Positions 9,150 through 21,483 of a DNA stretch of 42,758 nucleotides are shown piece by piece. This stretch comes from Nemertoderma westbladi. Taxonomy: Eukaryota > Animalia > Xenacoelomorpha. The notes beneath the pieces were generated by a model. It saw nothing but the letters and a program-made list of their open reading frames with translations. It made no database searches and had not been told where the DNA came from. The stretch's first letter is position 1, and each line of letters starts with the position of its first letter. The stretch is taken from contig JAUCBJ010002663.1 of assembly GCA_032718475.1 (NCBI GenBank), positions 1-42,758 of the forward strand, in the 5' to 3' direction. A program made the translations under genes and the position numbers.

Positions 9150-12100
9150 AACGTATTACAAGTTTATGCAGGTTGGTAAAGGAACAGACTATAGAGGCGG
9201 GAAGATAGAATCAAAACAATAAACGATAGTTAACACATGTTACAAGATTATGCAGGTTAGTAAAGGAGCAGGTTATAGAGGCAGGTGGATAGAACCAAAA
9301 CATTAAACGATAGTTAACACATGTTACAAGATTATGCCGGTTAGTAAAGGAGCAGGTTATAGAGGCGGGTAGATAGAAACAAAACAATAAACGATAGTTA
9401 ACACATGTTACAAGATTATGCAGGTTAGTAAAGGAGCAGGTTATAGAGGCGGGTAGATAGAACCAAAACAATAAACGATAGTTAACACATGTTACAAGAT
9501 TATGCAGGTTAGTAAAGGAGCAGGTTATAGAGGCGGGTAGATAGAACCAAAACAATAAACGATAGTTAACACATGTTACAAGATTATGCAGGTTAGTAAA
9601 GGAGCAGGTTACAGAGGCAGGTACATAGAACCAAAACAATAAACGATAGTTAACACGTGTTACTAGATTACGCAGGTTAGTAAAGGAGCAGGCTATAGAG
9701 GAGGGTAGATATAACCAAAACAATAAACGATAGTTAACACATGTTACAATATTATGTAGGTTAGTAAAGGAGCAGTTATAGAGGCGGGTAGATAGAACCA
9801 AAACAATAAACGATAGTTGACACATGTTGCAAGATTATGCAGGTTAGTAAAGGAGCAGGTTATAGAGGCGGGTAGATAGAACCAAAACAATAAACGATAG
9901 TTAACACATGTTACAAGATATGCAGGATAGTAAAGGAGCAGGTTATAGAGGCAGGCGGGTAGATAGAACCAAAACAATAAACGATAGTTAACACATGTTA
10001 CAAGATTATGCAGGTTAGTAAAGAAGCAGGTTATAGAAGAGGGTAGATAGAACCAAAACAATAAACGGTTGGTAACCCATGTTACAAGCTTATGTAGGTT
10101 AGTAAAGGAGCAGGTTATAGAGGCGGGTAGATAGAACCAAAACAATAAACGATAGTTAACACATGTTACAAGATTATGCAGGTTAGTAAAGGAGCAGGTT
10201 ATAGAGGCAGGCGGGTAGATAGAACCAAAACAATAAACGATAGTTGACACATGTTACAATATTATGCAGGTTAGTAGAGGAGCAGGTTATAGAGGCAGGT
10301 GGATAGAACCAAAACATTAAACGATAGTTAACACATGTTACAAGATTATGCCGGTTAGTAAAGGAGCAGGTTATAGAGGCGGGTAGATAGAAACAAAACA
10401 ATAAACGATAGTTAACACATGTTACAAGATTATGCAGGTTAGTAAAGGAGCAGGTTATAGAGGCGGGTAGATAGAACCAAAACAATAAACGATAGTTAAC
10501 ACATGTTACAAGATTATGCAGGTTAGTAAAGGAGCAGGTTATAGAGGCGGGTAGATAGAACCAAAACAATAAACGATAGTTAACACATGTTACAAGATTA
10601 TGCAGGTTAGTAAAGGAGCAGGTTACAGAGGCAGGTACATAGAACCAAAACAATAAACGATAGTTAACACGTGTTACTAGATTACGCAGGTTAGTAAAGG
10701 AGCAGGCTATAGAGGAGGGTAGATATAACCAAAACAATAAACGATAGTTAACACATGTTACACTATTATGTAGGTTAGTAAAGGAGCAGTTATAGAGGCG
10801 GGTAGATAGAACCAAAACAATAAACGATAGTTGACACATGTTGCAAGATTATGCAGGTTAGTAAAGGAGCAGGTTATAGAGGCGGGTAGATAGAACCAAA
10901 ACAATAAACGATAGTTAACACATGTTACAAGATATACAGGATAGTAAAGGAGCAGGTTATAGAGGCAGGCGGGTAGATAGAACCAAAACAATAAACGATA
11001 GTTAACACATGTTACAAGATTATGCAGGTTAGTAAAGAAGCAGGTTATAGAAGAGGGTAGATAGAACCAAAACAATAAACGGTTGGTAACCCATGTTACA
11101 AGCTTATGTAGGTTAGTAAAGGAGCAGGTTATAGAGGCGGGTAGATAGAACCAAAACAATAAACGATAGTTAACACATGTTACAAGATTATGCAGGTTAG
11201 TAAAGGAGCAGGTTATAGAGTCGTGCAGATAGAACCAAAACAATAAACGATAGTTAACACATGTTACAAGATTATGCAGGTTAGTAAAGGAGCAGGCTAT
11301 AGAAGAGGGTAGATAGAACCAAAACAATAAACGATAGTTAACACATGTTACAAGATTATGCAGGTTAGTAAAGAAGCAGGCTATAGAGGCGGGTAGATAG
11401 AACCAAAACAATAAACAATAGTTAACACATGTTACAAGATTATGCAGGTTAGTAAAGGAGCAGGCTATAGAAGAGGGTAGATAGAACCAAAACAATAAAC
11501 GGTTGGTAACCCATGTTACAAGCTTATGTAGGTTAGTAAAGGAGCAGGTTATAGAGGCGGGTAGATAGAACCAAAACAATAAACGATAGTTAACACATGT
11601 TACAAGATTATGCAGGTTAGTAAAGGAGCAGGTTATAGAGTCGTGTAGATAGAACCAAAACAATAAACGATAGTTAACACATGTTACAAGATTATGCAGG
11701 TTAGTAAAGGAGCAGGTTACAGAGGCAGGTACATAGAACCAAAACAATAAACGATAGTTAACACGAACAATATGTAGGTTAGTAAAGAATCAGGTTGCGG
11801 AGGCGGATAGATTGAACCAAAACAATAAATGATTAACTCGTGTTAGAAAATTATGCAGGTTAGTAAAGGAGTAGGTTACCGAGGCGTGTAGATAGAACCA
11901 AAACAATAAACGATATTTAACACGTGTTACAAGATTATGTAGATTAGTACAGGAGCAGACTATAGAGGCGGGAAAATAGAATCAAAACAATAAACGACAG
12001 TTAACACATGTTACTAGATTACGCAGGTTAGTAAAGGAGCAGGTTATAGAGGCGGGTAGATAGAACCAAAACAATAAACGATAGTTAACACATGTTACAA

Positions 12101-12558
12101 GATTATGCCGGTTAGTAAAGGAGCAGGTTATAGAGGCGGGTAGATAGAACCAAAACAATAAACGATAGTTAACACATGTTACAAGATTATGCAGGTTAGT
12201 AAAAGAGCAGGCTATAGAAGAGGGTAGATAGAACCAAAACAATAAACGATAGTTAACACATGTTACAAGATTATGCAGGTTAGTAAAGGAGCAGGCTATA
12301 GAAGAGGGTAGATAGAACCAAAACAATAAACGATAGTTAACACATGTTACAAGATTATGCAGGTTAGTAAAGAAGCAGGCTATAGAGGCGTGGAGACAGA
12401 ACTAAAACAATAAACGATAGTTAACACATGTTACAAGATTATGCAGGTTAGTAAAGAAGCAGGCTATAGAGGCGTGTAGACAGAACTAAAACAATAAACG
12501 ATAGTTAACACATGTTACAAGATTATACAGGTTAGTAAAGGAGAGGGTTATAGAGGAA
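9150..12558. repeat. 84-bp tandem satellite, about 40 units
   Basis: Consensus AACCAAAACAATAAACGATAGTTAACACATGTTACAAGATTATGCAGGTTAGTAAAGGAGCAGGTTATAGAGGCGGGTAGATAG; the 28-aa periodicity of the minus-strand ORFs confirms the 84-bp period. Confidence 0.97.
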
Positions 12559-12593
12559 CTCTATAGAGGGCTCGATAGGTTATAGAGGGCTAT

Positions 12594-14498
12594 TTATACA
12601 CAAAATCTGTTTCAAACCCATCTGAGTATAATCTTACGGCATATAAAAAATATAGGAACTTGCTTACTTCACTTCTCCGTGCAGCTGAAAAACAATATTA
12701 TTCAAAAGAATTCGAGAAAAATAAGTCGAGTATAAAAAAAACCTGGCGTACTATAAACTCTGTTCTTCATCGCGGGAAAAATCTCTCACATCCCAAAAAA
12801 CTAGTCTCCATTGATCATAAAGTAACTCTTACAGATCCTAACGACATAGTAAACGAATTCAATAACTTTTTCACCACCATCGGTCCGTCTTTGGCCGCTG
12901 CTGTACCTAGTTCCACACGCTGTCCCACTGGTCATATCAGTTATAAGAAATCGAATTCATTTGGACTAACTGAGACATCCCCGGTCGAGGTTCAATATAA
13001 CATTTTACATCTCAAAGAAGATTCTGCCTCTAATGATAATTTTCCTATCAAATTACTTAAATTTGGCGCATATCCCCTATCATTACATTTGGCCACTCTA
13101 ATAAATCTTAGTTTTACCCAGGGCTTTTATCCCAGTCTACTTAAGGTTGCAAAGGTGATTCCCGTATATAAGGGCGATTGTCCTCTGAACCCATCTAACT
13201 ATAGGCCGATCTCATTGCTTTCTGTTTTCAATAAACTATACGAAAAACTGATTAATGATCAAATTGTTTCTTACCTTGAACGTTACTCAGTCATCTGTCC
13301 AAATCAATTCGGGTTTAGGAAAAAATTCACGACAACTTTTGCTGTTCTTAATATTGTAGAAAATATTCGTACCGCCTTAGATAATAAAGAATCCACTTCA
13401 GTTGTATATATAGACCTAAAGAAAGCTTTCGACTCTTTGGACATAGGAATTCTTCTGAAGAAACTTTGCTCGTACGGTATCCGCGGGACTCCTCACTCTC
13501 TACTTACAGATTACCTATCTGAACGTTCCCAGTTTGTTTCCATAGCCAATATCCACTCTTCCATCAAACCGGTCACCTGTGGAGTTCCCCAAGGATCTAT
13601 TTTAGGACCACTTCTATTCCTCCTATATATCAACGACCTACCAAATTCCAGTAAACTTCGAACCACTTTATTCGCTGATGATACCAGCCTTAGCCATACA
13701 ACAGCATCGGTTAGCGATATGTTTCTATCGGTTAACTCAAATCTGACAAGTGTATCTAAGTGGATAAATGATAATAAATTAACAATAAACCTCAAAAAAA
13801 CAGAATATACAATTTTTTCCAATCTCCACGGCAACTTCAGACAGTTAAACCCAATTCATATTGATGGCAAACAAATTAAACAAGTTTCAGTTTCCAAGTA
13901 CTTAGGCCTACACATAGACAGTAAACTAACATTTCGCCAACATGTCCAGTATGTTCTCAATAAAATATCTAAATCCGGTGGCATTTTTTTCAGACTAAGA
14001 CATTTACTCCCCCTCCAAATAATGCGTACCCTATTCTTTTCTCTTATCTATCCTTACATAAACTACGGGTTAGTTGTATGGGGGGGTACATACACTTCGA
14101 TCTTAAAACCTTTACGAATTAAAATTAATAAAATAGTTAGGTGCTTATCTTTCAGCCACCGCCGATCATCTTCAATTCCTATCTACCGTAAGCTACAAAT
14201 CTTACCCCTTGAAGCTTTATATAAGCACCAGATCTGTAATCTAATGTACGATATATCCCGTAACCCTAAACACCCACTGGCATATTTATTTCGTAAAACT
14301 GCTTCTATCCATTCATATAATACTCGCTCTTCTAAATCTGGCCATTTTAATCTCCCTTCAGTCCGTCTTGAAGTTGCCCACCAATCTGTTGCTTTTCAAG
14401 GTCCCCTACTATGGAATTCACTGTCTGATGACCTTCGAAATATTGTTGTTAAATCAATCTTTGCCAAACAACTAAAAAGGCATTTACTTGATCTATAA
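12594..14498 (+). CDS. LINE ORF2 reverse transcriptase, N-terminally truncated, uninterrupted
   Basis: Motifs NYRPISLL, NQFGFRK, YIDLKKAFDSL, GVPQGSILGPLLFLLYINDL, LFADDT, KYLGLHID. No endonuclease domain; the frame is open upstream of the listed TTG (12660) to the junction. Confidence 0.92.
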   Translation, partial: LYTKSVSNPSEYNLTAYKKYRNLLTSLLRAAEKQYYSKEFEKNKSSIKKTWRTINSVLHRGKNLSHPKKLVSIDHKVTLTDPNDIVNEFNNFFTTIGPSLAAAVPSSTRCPTGHISYKKSNSFGLTETSPVEVQYNILHLKEDSASNDNFPIKLLKFGAYPLSLHLATLINLSFTQGFYPSLLKVAKVIPVYKGDCPLNPSNYRPISLLSVFNKLYEKLINDQIVSYLERYSVICPNQFGFRKKFTTTFAVLNIVENIRTALDNKESTSVVYIDLKKAFDSLDIGILLKKLCSYGIRGTPHSLLTDYLSERSQFVSIANIHSSIKPVTCGVPQGSILGPLLFLLYINDLPNSSKLRTTLFADDTSLSHTTASVSDMFLSVNSNLTSVSKWINDNKLTINLKKTEYTIFSNLHGNFRQLNPIHIDGKQIKQVSVSKYLGLHIDSKLTFRQHVQYVLNKISKSGGIFFRLRHLLPLQIMRTLFFSLIYPYINYGLVVWGGTYTSILKPLRIKINKIVRCLSFSHRRSSSIPIYRKLQILPLEALYKHQICNLMYDISRNPKHPLAYLFRKTASIHSYNTRSSKSGHFNLPSVRLEVAHQSVAFQGPLLWNSLSDDLRNIVVKSIFAKQLKRHLLDL

Positions 14499-14790
14499 TC
14501 GGTTACCATCATCCACTATGTCTTATTGGTCACAATTAACCACTCAGTCAAATTGATTACAATTATCGACTATGACACATCGGTAAATATTTATCCACTC
14601 TGATTCATCCATCCACTCTGTCTCATCGGTCGCATTTATCTACCTTGAAATATTGGTCACAATTTTTCCACTCTTACTCATCGGTTTCAATTATCCAGTC
14701 TGTCACATCTTTTAGAATTATACCCTCTGCGTATCATCGGTTACAGTTATCCACTTTGACATATCGACCTCAATTATCAACTCTGAAACT
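14498..14790 (+). repeat. Degenerate 27-28-bp tandem repeat in the LINE 3' UTR (about 11 units)
   Basis: Units resemble ATCGGTTACAATTATCCACTCTGACAC. Confidence 0.75.
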
Positions 14791-15209
14791 TATATTACTA
14801 TCCTACTCATTACTCTAGAATGCCACCGTTTTTTCCCACTCCCCTCAATTTCACAGTCTGCAGTCTGGTCAGTGAGAAGGTCCTCGCGGGAGTACTCTGG
14901 GTTGGCTTCCCACAGTTATCATTCTCAGGTGTATAAGATGGTTACCCAATTCTTTGGTGTCATACCGCCAATCCACCCCCCCCCCCCCCCCCCCTCGCAA
15001 ATCAACTTGTTAGTAAAAGGTTACCCAGGCACAGCACTAGCTTTGCTATTGTGTCTAAGTAATCTCCTAAAATTGTAGGCACCAGTCAATGGCGATTGAT
15101 AAACAATGACGTTTAGTAATTATATTACTATTCCATACAATTTTTGGTGCGGTGCATCTGTATTGTTTGTGAGGTATCTTGAAATTATATTGAAATTATT
15201 ATTATTATT

Positions 15210-15790
15210 GGAAGGTAGATAGAACCAAAACAATAAACGATAGTTAACACATGTTGCAAGATTATGCAGGATAGTAAAGGAGCAGGTTATAGAGGCGGGT
15301 AGATAGAACCAAAACAATAAACGATAGTTAACACTCGTTACAAGATTATGCAGGTTAGTAAAAGAGCAGGCTATAGAAGAGGGTAGATAGAACCAAAACA
15401 ATAAACGATAGTTAACACATGTTACAAGATTATGTAGGTTAGTAAAGGAGCAGGTTATAGAGGCGGGTAGATAGAACCAAAAGAATAAACGATAGTTAAC
15501 ACATGTCACAAGATTATGCAGGTTAGTAAAGGAGCAGGTTACAGGGGCAGGTACATAGAACCAAAACAATAAACGATAGTTAACACGTGTTACAATATGT
15601 AGGTTAGTAAAGAATCAGGTTGCGGAGGCGGATAGATTGAACCAAAACAATAAATGATTAACTCGTGTTAGAAAATTATGCAGGTTTGTAATGGAGTAGG
15701 TTACCGAGGCGTGTAGATAGAACCAAAACAATAAACGATATTTAACACGTGCTACAAGATTATGTAGATTAGTACAGGAGCAGGTTACAG
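15210..15790. repeat. 84-bp satellite, continuation after the LINE (about 7 units)
   Basis: Same consensus as 9150-12558. Confidence 0.95.
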
Positions 15791-16034
15791 TGAAGCACCG
15801 AATTACACAGACATATATAGCGTATATATATTAAAATATTACTGTTAGAGTTAAATATACGTGAAAAAAAACTGGAGAGAGTGAAACGTTGTATATGTAT
15901 GAAGGACTTTAAACGTAAAGATACAAGCATACCGGAGGCGCCTCTATATATGAGTTATGAAGTTGAGTTGAAGAACAACGACCTTTCATTGTCTGGCAAT
16001 ATAATACAGTCATTACTGCAGTGATAACCTGGGT

Positions 16035-16648
16035 TAACAATCACTTTACCAAATGAAGGAAAGGAGCAGGTTACATAGATGGTCTTTTCTAATCAAAACA
16101 ATAAACGATAACATTACCAATTGAGAGAAAGGAGCAGGTTACAGATGCGGGATTTCCTAACCAAAACAATAAACGATGACTTAACTAATTGAGGGAAATG
16201 AGCAGGTTACAGAGGCGGGATTATCTAACCAAAACAATAAACGATCACTTAGCTAATTGAGGGAAAGGAGCAGGTTACAGAGGCGGGATTTTCTAACCAA
16301 AAACAATAAACGATCATTAAACTAATTGAGTTAAAGGGGCAGGTTACAGAGGCGGGATTTTCTAACCAAAACAATAAACAATCACTTTACCAAATGAAGG
16401 AAAAGGAGCAGGTTACATAGATGGTCTTTTCTAACCAAAACAATAAACGATAACATTACCAATTGAGAGAAAGGAGCAGGTTACAGAGGCGGGATTTCCT
16501 AACCAAAACAATAAACAATCACTTAGCTAATTGAGGGAAAGGAGCAGGTTACAGAGGCGGGATTTTCTAACCAAAAACAATAAACGATCATTTAACTAAT
16601 TGAGGGAAAGGGGCAGGTTACAGAGGCGGAATTTTCTAACCAAAACAA
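16035..16648. repeat. 68-bp tandem satellite related to the 84-bp satellite (about 9 units)
   Basis: GAGCAGGTTACA-type unit starts at 16063, 16131, 16199, 16267; shares AAAGGAGCAGGTTACAGAGGCGG and AACCAAAACAATAAACGAT with the 84-mer. Confidence 0.9.
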
Positions 16649-18643
16649 CCGGTCAGTCGTACCGTAGGCCTACCATTACCGTTTTTAAATGGTAGGCTAC
16701 ACAATGGGCCTACAATAGGCATATCTTAATAGATCAATCAGAGGTCACTTTCTTGACCATGGCTATTTAATGTTTGTGGTGGTTAACAAGGTTACCCGGC
16801 CGGCCTATTTAGTGTAAACATCGGGAATGGTCGCGAAAACTTTTATCATACTGTATAATCGACATGCATATTGCAGATGCATTAATTAAGAAAGCTGTGT
16901 GGCGGCTTATCGACAAAATTGCTCCGCCACAACTCACTAATACCAAAGATTTTCGGGAGATTATTTCTACTGTATTTTCAAGGCCAATGTCCTTTAAGAG
17001 ACGTCTCAAGTAAGCCATGGGCAGCCCAGTGCAACTTTTCTCCCCATGAGACTGCCAATGCCAAGGGACCAGGTTGGGCTGGTCCTCACGGCTTTATTAT
17101 TATAACTCTCACCCATAATTTAATTAAATTAATTAAATTAATAAATTTCCAAAATGTTCTTTAATAATAAATGGGTGAGCAGGTGGGGCAGGTGCAGGGC
17201 AGGTAGTCCCGAAACTAGGAATTCCTTTTCGATGACGTTTGAGGCCTAGGCTCTCTGATGAAATGGCTCCCTGTACGGAGTCTACAGAGTGCGTAAGCAG
17301 CTTCCGCTGGGTGACAGGGACAGTGGGGTGAGTGCCGGTTGTAGGTGCTGATTGTGTAAAAATACTTCGAAAGTTTGTTTTATTCATAACCGGTTTGTCC
17401 AACCCTGTCAGTCCACCCACGTTCACTGTCACCTTCAAGGGTTTAAAGACAAACTTCACATATTATATTATATTATATTATGTAGGTTACTTCAACCCTT
17501 CCGCATCCTCTAACCAATTCAATTATTTTATTGATTTGTAAGGCTTCTTAAAACATTGTAAACATCTTCTGTAGTTACGTTGCGATGCGCTAAACGTTGG
17601 AGGTGGTCGATGTGATCATCTTAACATTGTGATGTTACTGTATATTCGTGGAATGTAACTCATTGATCTCAACCCCCATAAGCTACACATAACATAAGCA
17701 ATATAATGTGCATAACTGTAGGCCTGCGTTCTCAGTATTATTACAACGAATTATATAACATGTCAGTAGGCCTACAGTATTTGGTGGTAGTGATGCATAT
17801 CTACTTTATTGTTGGTCTATAATACAGTAGATAGATGTCCAGGAACAAGTAAATGACTGATGTGTTATCGTGCTAGCACTAACATACTGTAACTACGATA
17901 AAAAAATATTATATTGTTCCTGAATTTTGGGTATCGGTATTTATTAAATAGAATAAAATATATTCGCGTAGATTCAAAACCATGCAACTTTCGAACGCCC
18001 ATTATCTCAGCTATTTATAACGAAATTCATCATATTATTTTATTATCTTGGGGGTGGAACCTGTACCAGAATAACGACACTATGTTCAAAGACATGGTGT
18101 AAATTTTTGAGAACAATTAATATTTTCGCTTACGAGTAATACAATTTTTTTTCTAGTTGCTATGGATACTAGTGGGAGAAACTCCATTGAAACTCCAAGC
18201 TAAACTCATAGTGATTTTCGTGAGAATATTGACAAAAGAGATACTTTCCAAAATTTGTATCGAATAACATTATATGAATTTTAGTGAATAAAACTTGTGC
18301 GTGATATTCTCACGTACAAGCAGAATTGTGACAATGATACCAAGGCCACTGACAGTGACTGTGTAGTGTAGAGTAATTATTAGCAGGCATAATTATTGGT
18401 TTCCTACACGAATTTGGAAAACGGCCTTTGTATAATTATAACCTTCCTCTGTTGGCTCACAGTTGGAACTCACCCCACACACCTTTGAAAGTCCAACCAC
18501 ACCTCTATCAATACCCATTACATGAAGTCAATTCAATAACATAATAATTCTCACAACTTATGCGATGTTCCTACGTATTTATTTTATACAGCAACAACTG
18601 CAGGATTGATCAATAGTGATCCAATTAATGCTGGTCAAATTTA

Positions 18644-19315
18644 ATGGGTCACACTGCCAGCCAGGTTGGACCGGTATCATACAGTATAATGTTCCTCATC
18701 TTTTTTGTTTCATTACACTTGACCCTCGTCTGCGGCTTTACATGTCCATGGGGTCAAAATTGGACCATGTCCTCTGAAAACGGAGATCTTCAGAAATATA
18801 TCGAAGGTTTGGCGACAATATATTCTGAGAGTAATGAGCTCTTTAAAGTCTCTCAAATTCAAACCAATTGTCATGTTTGTCGAACGTACGAATTCAGATC
18901 GAGGGGATACTCGTCAGAGTACGATGCCGAAATCTCTATAGAATACGTAGAGTGGCGGTGCGAACCTGAAGGCGGATGTGTACCTCTCATAGAGGATGCC
19001 TGCTATTACATGTGGAACGTTGTACTCCCAGAGGCTAATGTGAGGGAAGTAGATCGATATTTGTATGGAAGAATATCCATTGTTAAAGCAATGCAAACCG
19101 ACCTTACAGATATAGTTGACGAGTGTCAACTCGACTGCTGTGATGGTGCTTGCCCTCGCGCACAATGGAAAAGTGACGACATAACTACCGCGGTAGAGAC
19201 AACGGAGGTTTACACTTCCTCTACAATAACGGATAGCGGAACAGATGACGTCACAGCAATGTCGACCCTTGTGACTGTGGTGTTTCTATTCGTAACACTT
19301 TTGGGACGAATGTAG
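18644..19315 (+). CDS. Intronless secreted Cys-rich, probably GPI-anchored surface protein (Ly6/uPAR-like architecture)
   Basis: 223-codon ORF in AT-rich flanks. Signal peptide MFLIFFVSLHLTLVCG from ATG 18689 (likely start), 10 mature Cys ending CQLDCCDGAC, S/T-rich stalk, hydrophobic tail; AATAAA at about 19369 and 19410. Confidence 0.75.
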   Translation: MGHTASQVGPVSYSIMFLIFFVSLHLTLVCGFTCPWGQNWTMSSENGDLQKYIEGLATIYSESNELFKVSQIQTNCHVCRTYEFRSRGYSSEYDAEISIEYVEWRCEPEGGCVPLIEDACYYMWNVVLPEANVREVDRYLYGRISIVKAMQTDLTDIVDECQLDCCDGACPRAQWKSDDITTAVETTEVYTSSTITDSGTDDVTAMSTLVTVVFLFVTLLGRM

Positions 19316-19529
19316 AGATACAGTATAGGCCTACAGTATAACTAAACTACTGTACTATTGTTGGAGGGAAATAAAATCCACTAGGGTGGTGGTGCATTCT
19401 GGTACAACCAATAAAGTATTATGTGAGGTGTTGTAGGCCTAATCATTACAGTACAGCTAGGCCACCAGAAAACGCAGATTGTGATATTTGTGACACAATT
19501 GTGAACACATTTTATCAAATGTGTACCAG

Positions 19530-20124
19530 TGTGACGGGATCAAGGGATCCCGACCGGTTGTCAGACTGCGCGTCACTGTGATATTGAGATAAAATAGCAG
19601 TTTGCTGTTATCGCTTTGATGTTCGTATTGATAATTGAATAACTGAATAGTAAATAACAGCACAGTTGATAGATAATGACGGAATAACAGTGTACCGGTA
19701 GTGATAATATATGTAATATGTAGTGATGGTGACGGTGCAAGATGTCACCGGTCTGACTCAACTAATGACTGGAATAACTGAATTGCTATCTCAACACATT
19801 GGTAATATATCTAATCATTCCTACATTACTATGGCCTTTGTCCAGTGGATGCCTTTCCCCGCTCCTATTGGTTGATAACCTACTTCACGCCTCTCACCTC
19901 TGTGGGAGTGCTTCCCTCCCCTGTTGGCCCCTGTTGCTTATCTTCCCTCTCAAGGTGGCTTGACCTCTAACCTCCCTTTGTGTGGCTTTTGGAGTTCGTG
20001 TTATCCCCGTTATTGGGTGTGATACGAGATTGGTTGTTATCAATCTCGTATCTCCAATATTGCTGAAAAGGGCGCCACTTCCCAACTTTGTGGGGGTAAT
20101 GAGGCGGAATTGAATCCGCTCACA
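19530..20124 (-). mobile_element. Solo LTR of a related BEL/Pao family (595 bp)
   Basis: TG...CA termini, 5-bp TSD ACCAG (19525-19529 and 20125-20129); blocks similar to the LTRs at 22131-22700 and 32707-33289. Confidence 0.92.
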
Positions 20125-21483
20125 ACCAGTGTAATGTAATGTTGTTGAACGGGACAATTGAACATAATTGAACATAATTGAATTGGCAACAACCAAAATT
20201 TTTTCGCCAAAGGATACAATTGAATACTTTTGAAATGCTTAGTAATCTGGAAACTTTCTGTAGTTTGCCGCGAACTGTCACTCACTGCAGCTGGAAATGC
20301 GATAAGGATTTTGTTTACCTTTATAGTGTGCGGTTAATAGTGTCTAGTAGGCAGGCCCATAGTTAGTGATGTTAAGGCATCTTCTGGTGTTTCTCTGTGC
20401 CCTCTCGGTGTCAGACTAATGGCGCGACATCTCCCTGCACTAAATTAATTATTCAATGGTCTAGGCTCCTCTATCCATATACCCATCCACTCCCATACAC
20501 TCCATGAACCTCCATGTGGTCTTGTATGTAGTTCTCTCTCTACCAATACAGCCCATGTCCGCAATGTTACGCCCTGGGGGCTCTCTCTTCTACCTGATAT
20601 CAGACATACAGGCACACTGCACTCTAAGCCTTTGTCGGTCCCAGCAAGTTAGCCTCCTGCTGTGTGATCTAGAAGATAACTCGCCATAACCTGCCAATCA
20701 GATGACTTGAACAAATGTGTTCACATGTGATCACATTGGATGAAATCTGCTTTTTCTGGTGGCCTGTACTGTAGTAGTCGACATTTCTAAAAATATAATT
20801 TTCTTTAACATATCACCTTTATTGTTCGCATAAGTGCGGACAATAAAGACTTTAATATCCGCATTTACGGACTATAAAGTAAATATCCAATCAACGATCT
20901 GAAAGTTAAATCTGTTGATTTCGCATTATTTATTCTACATCAGTAATTAATTACGCTGGTAATAAATGATACATTTAGCACTAAAAATGTTTAGTTGTAG
21001 GATACTTTGGTCCAATAGGTAGTTTAATAAAATGTTTGGTTGAATATTTGATTAAATTCTGGAATATCCCCTTCACTCACAAAGTAGTAGCTAGTGTAGT
21101 AGCTAGTATTATTTAATTAAACAATGCTGCAGAATTTAACTCAAATTTGCAATAACTTTGTTAGGTTTAACTTCTAACCTAAAGTGAATATTTCAAAGAA
21201 AACTACAGTAATGTTTTACATGAAGAAAGTATTGTTTGTCTCCCTTATACATTTCCACATTTCCTCGAAAGAGTAATTTTTTCATTTCTTTAATTCCGAG
21301 TTCAACAAGTGTAGTTTCCCAGTGGCCGGGATCGGTTCATGATTCGCGCATCTTTAAAACTTCTGGATTGGATTGAAAACGCTGACTACGCTTTCAACAA
21401 GATGCACAAGTCCGAACGTTCCATTGTTGAGCGGATGTTTGGCGCTATAAAACGTCGTTATGTTTGTTCTAGTACCGGTATGA

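Larger units (their letters stand above)
12592..15209 (+). mobile_element. 5'-truncated non-LTR retrotransposon of the CR1/L2 group (Crack/Daphne-like) inserted in the satellite
   Basis: RT ORF, about 700-bp 3' UTR ending in (ATT)n at about 15195-15209; satellite resumes in register (TTATAGAGGA ... GGAAGGTAGATAG, possible GGA duplication). Confidence 0.88.

Noticed and set aside
9211-12326. Long minus-strand ORFs with 28-aa Cys/aromatic repeats
   Set aside because: By-product of a stop-free 84-bp satellite frame; frame-breaking indels occur freely between units.
14498-14790. TTATCCAC repeats resembling bacterial DnaA boxes
   Set aside because: Part of a degenerate 27-bp repeat in a LINE 3' UTR; eukaryotic context.
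17133-17459. 108-aa minus-strand ORF in a GC-richer patch
   Set aside because: GTG start, no domain motif and no clear splice structure.
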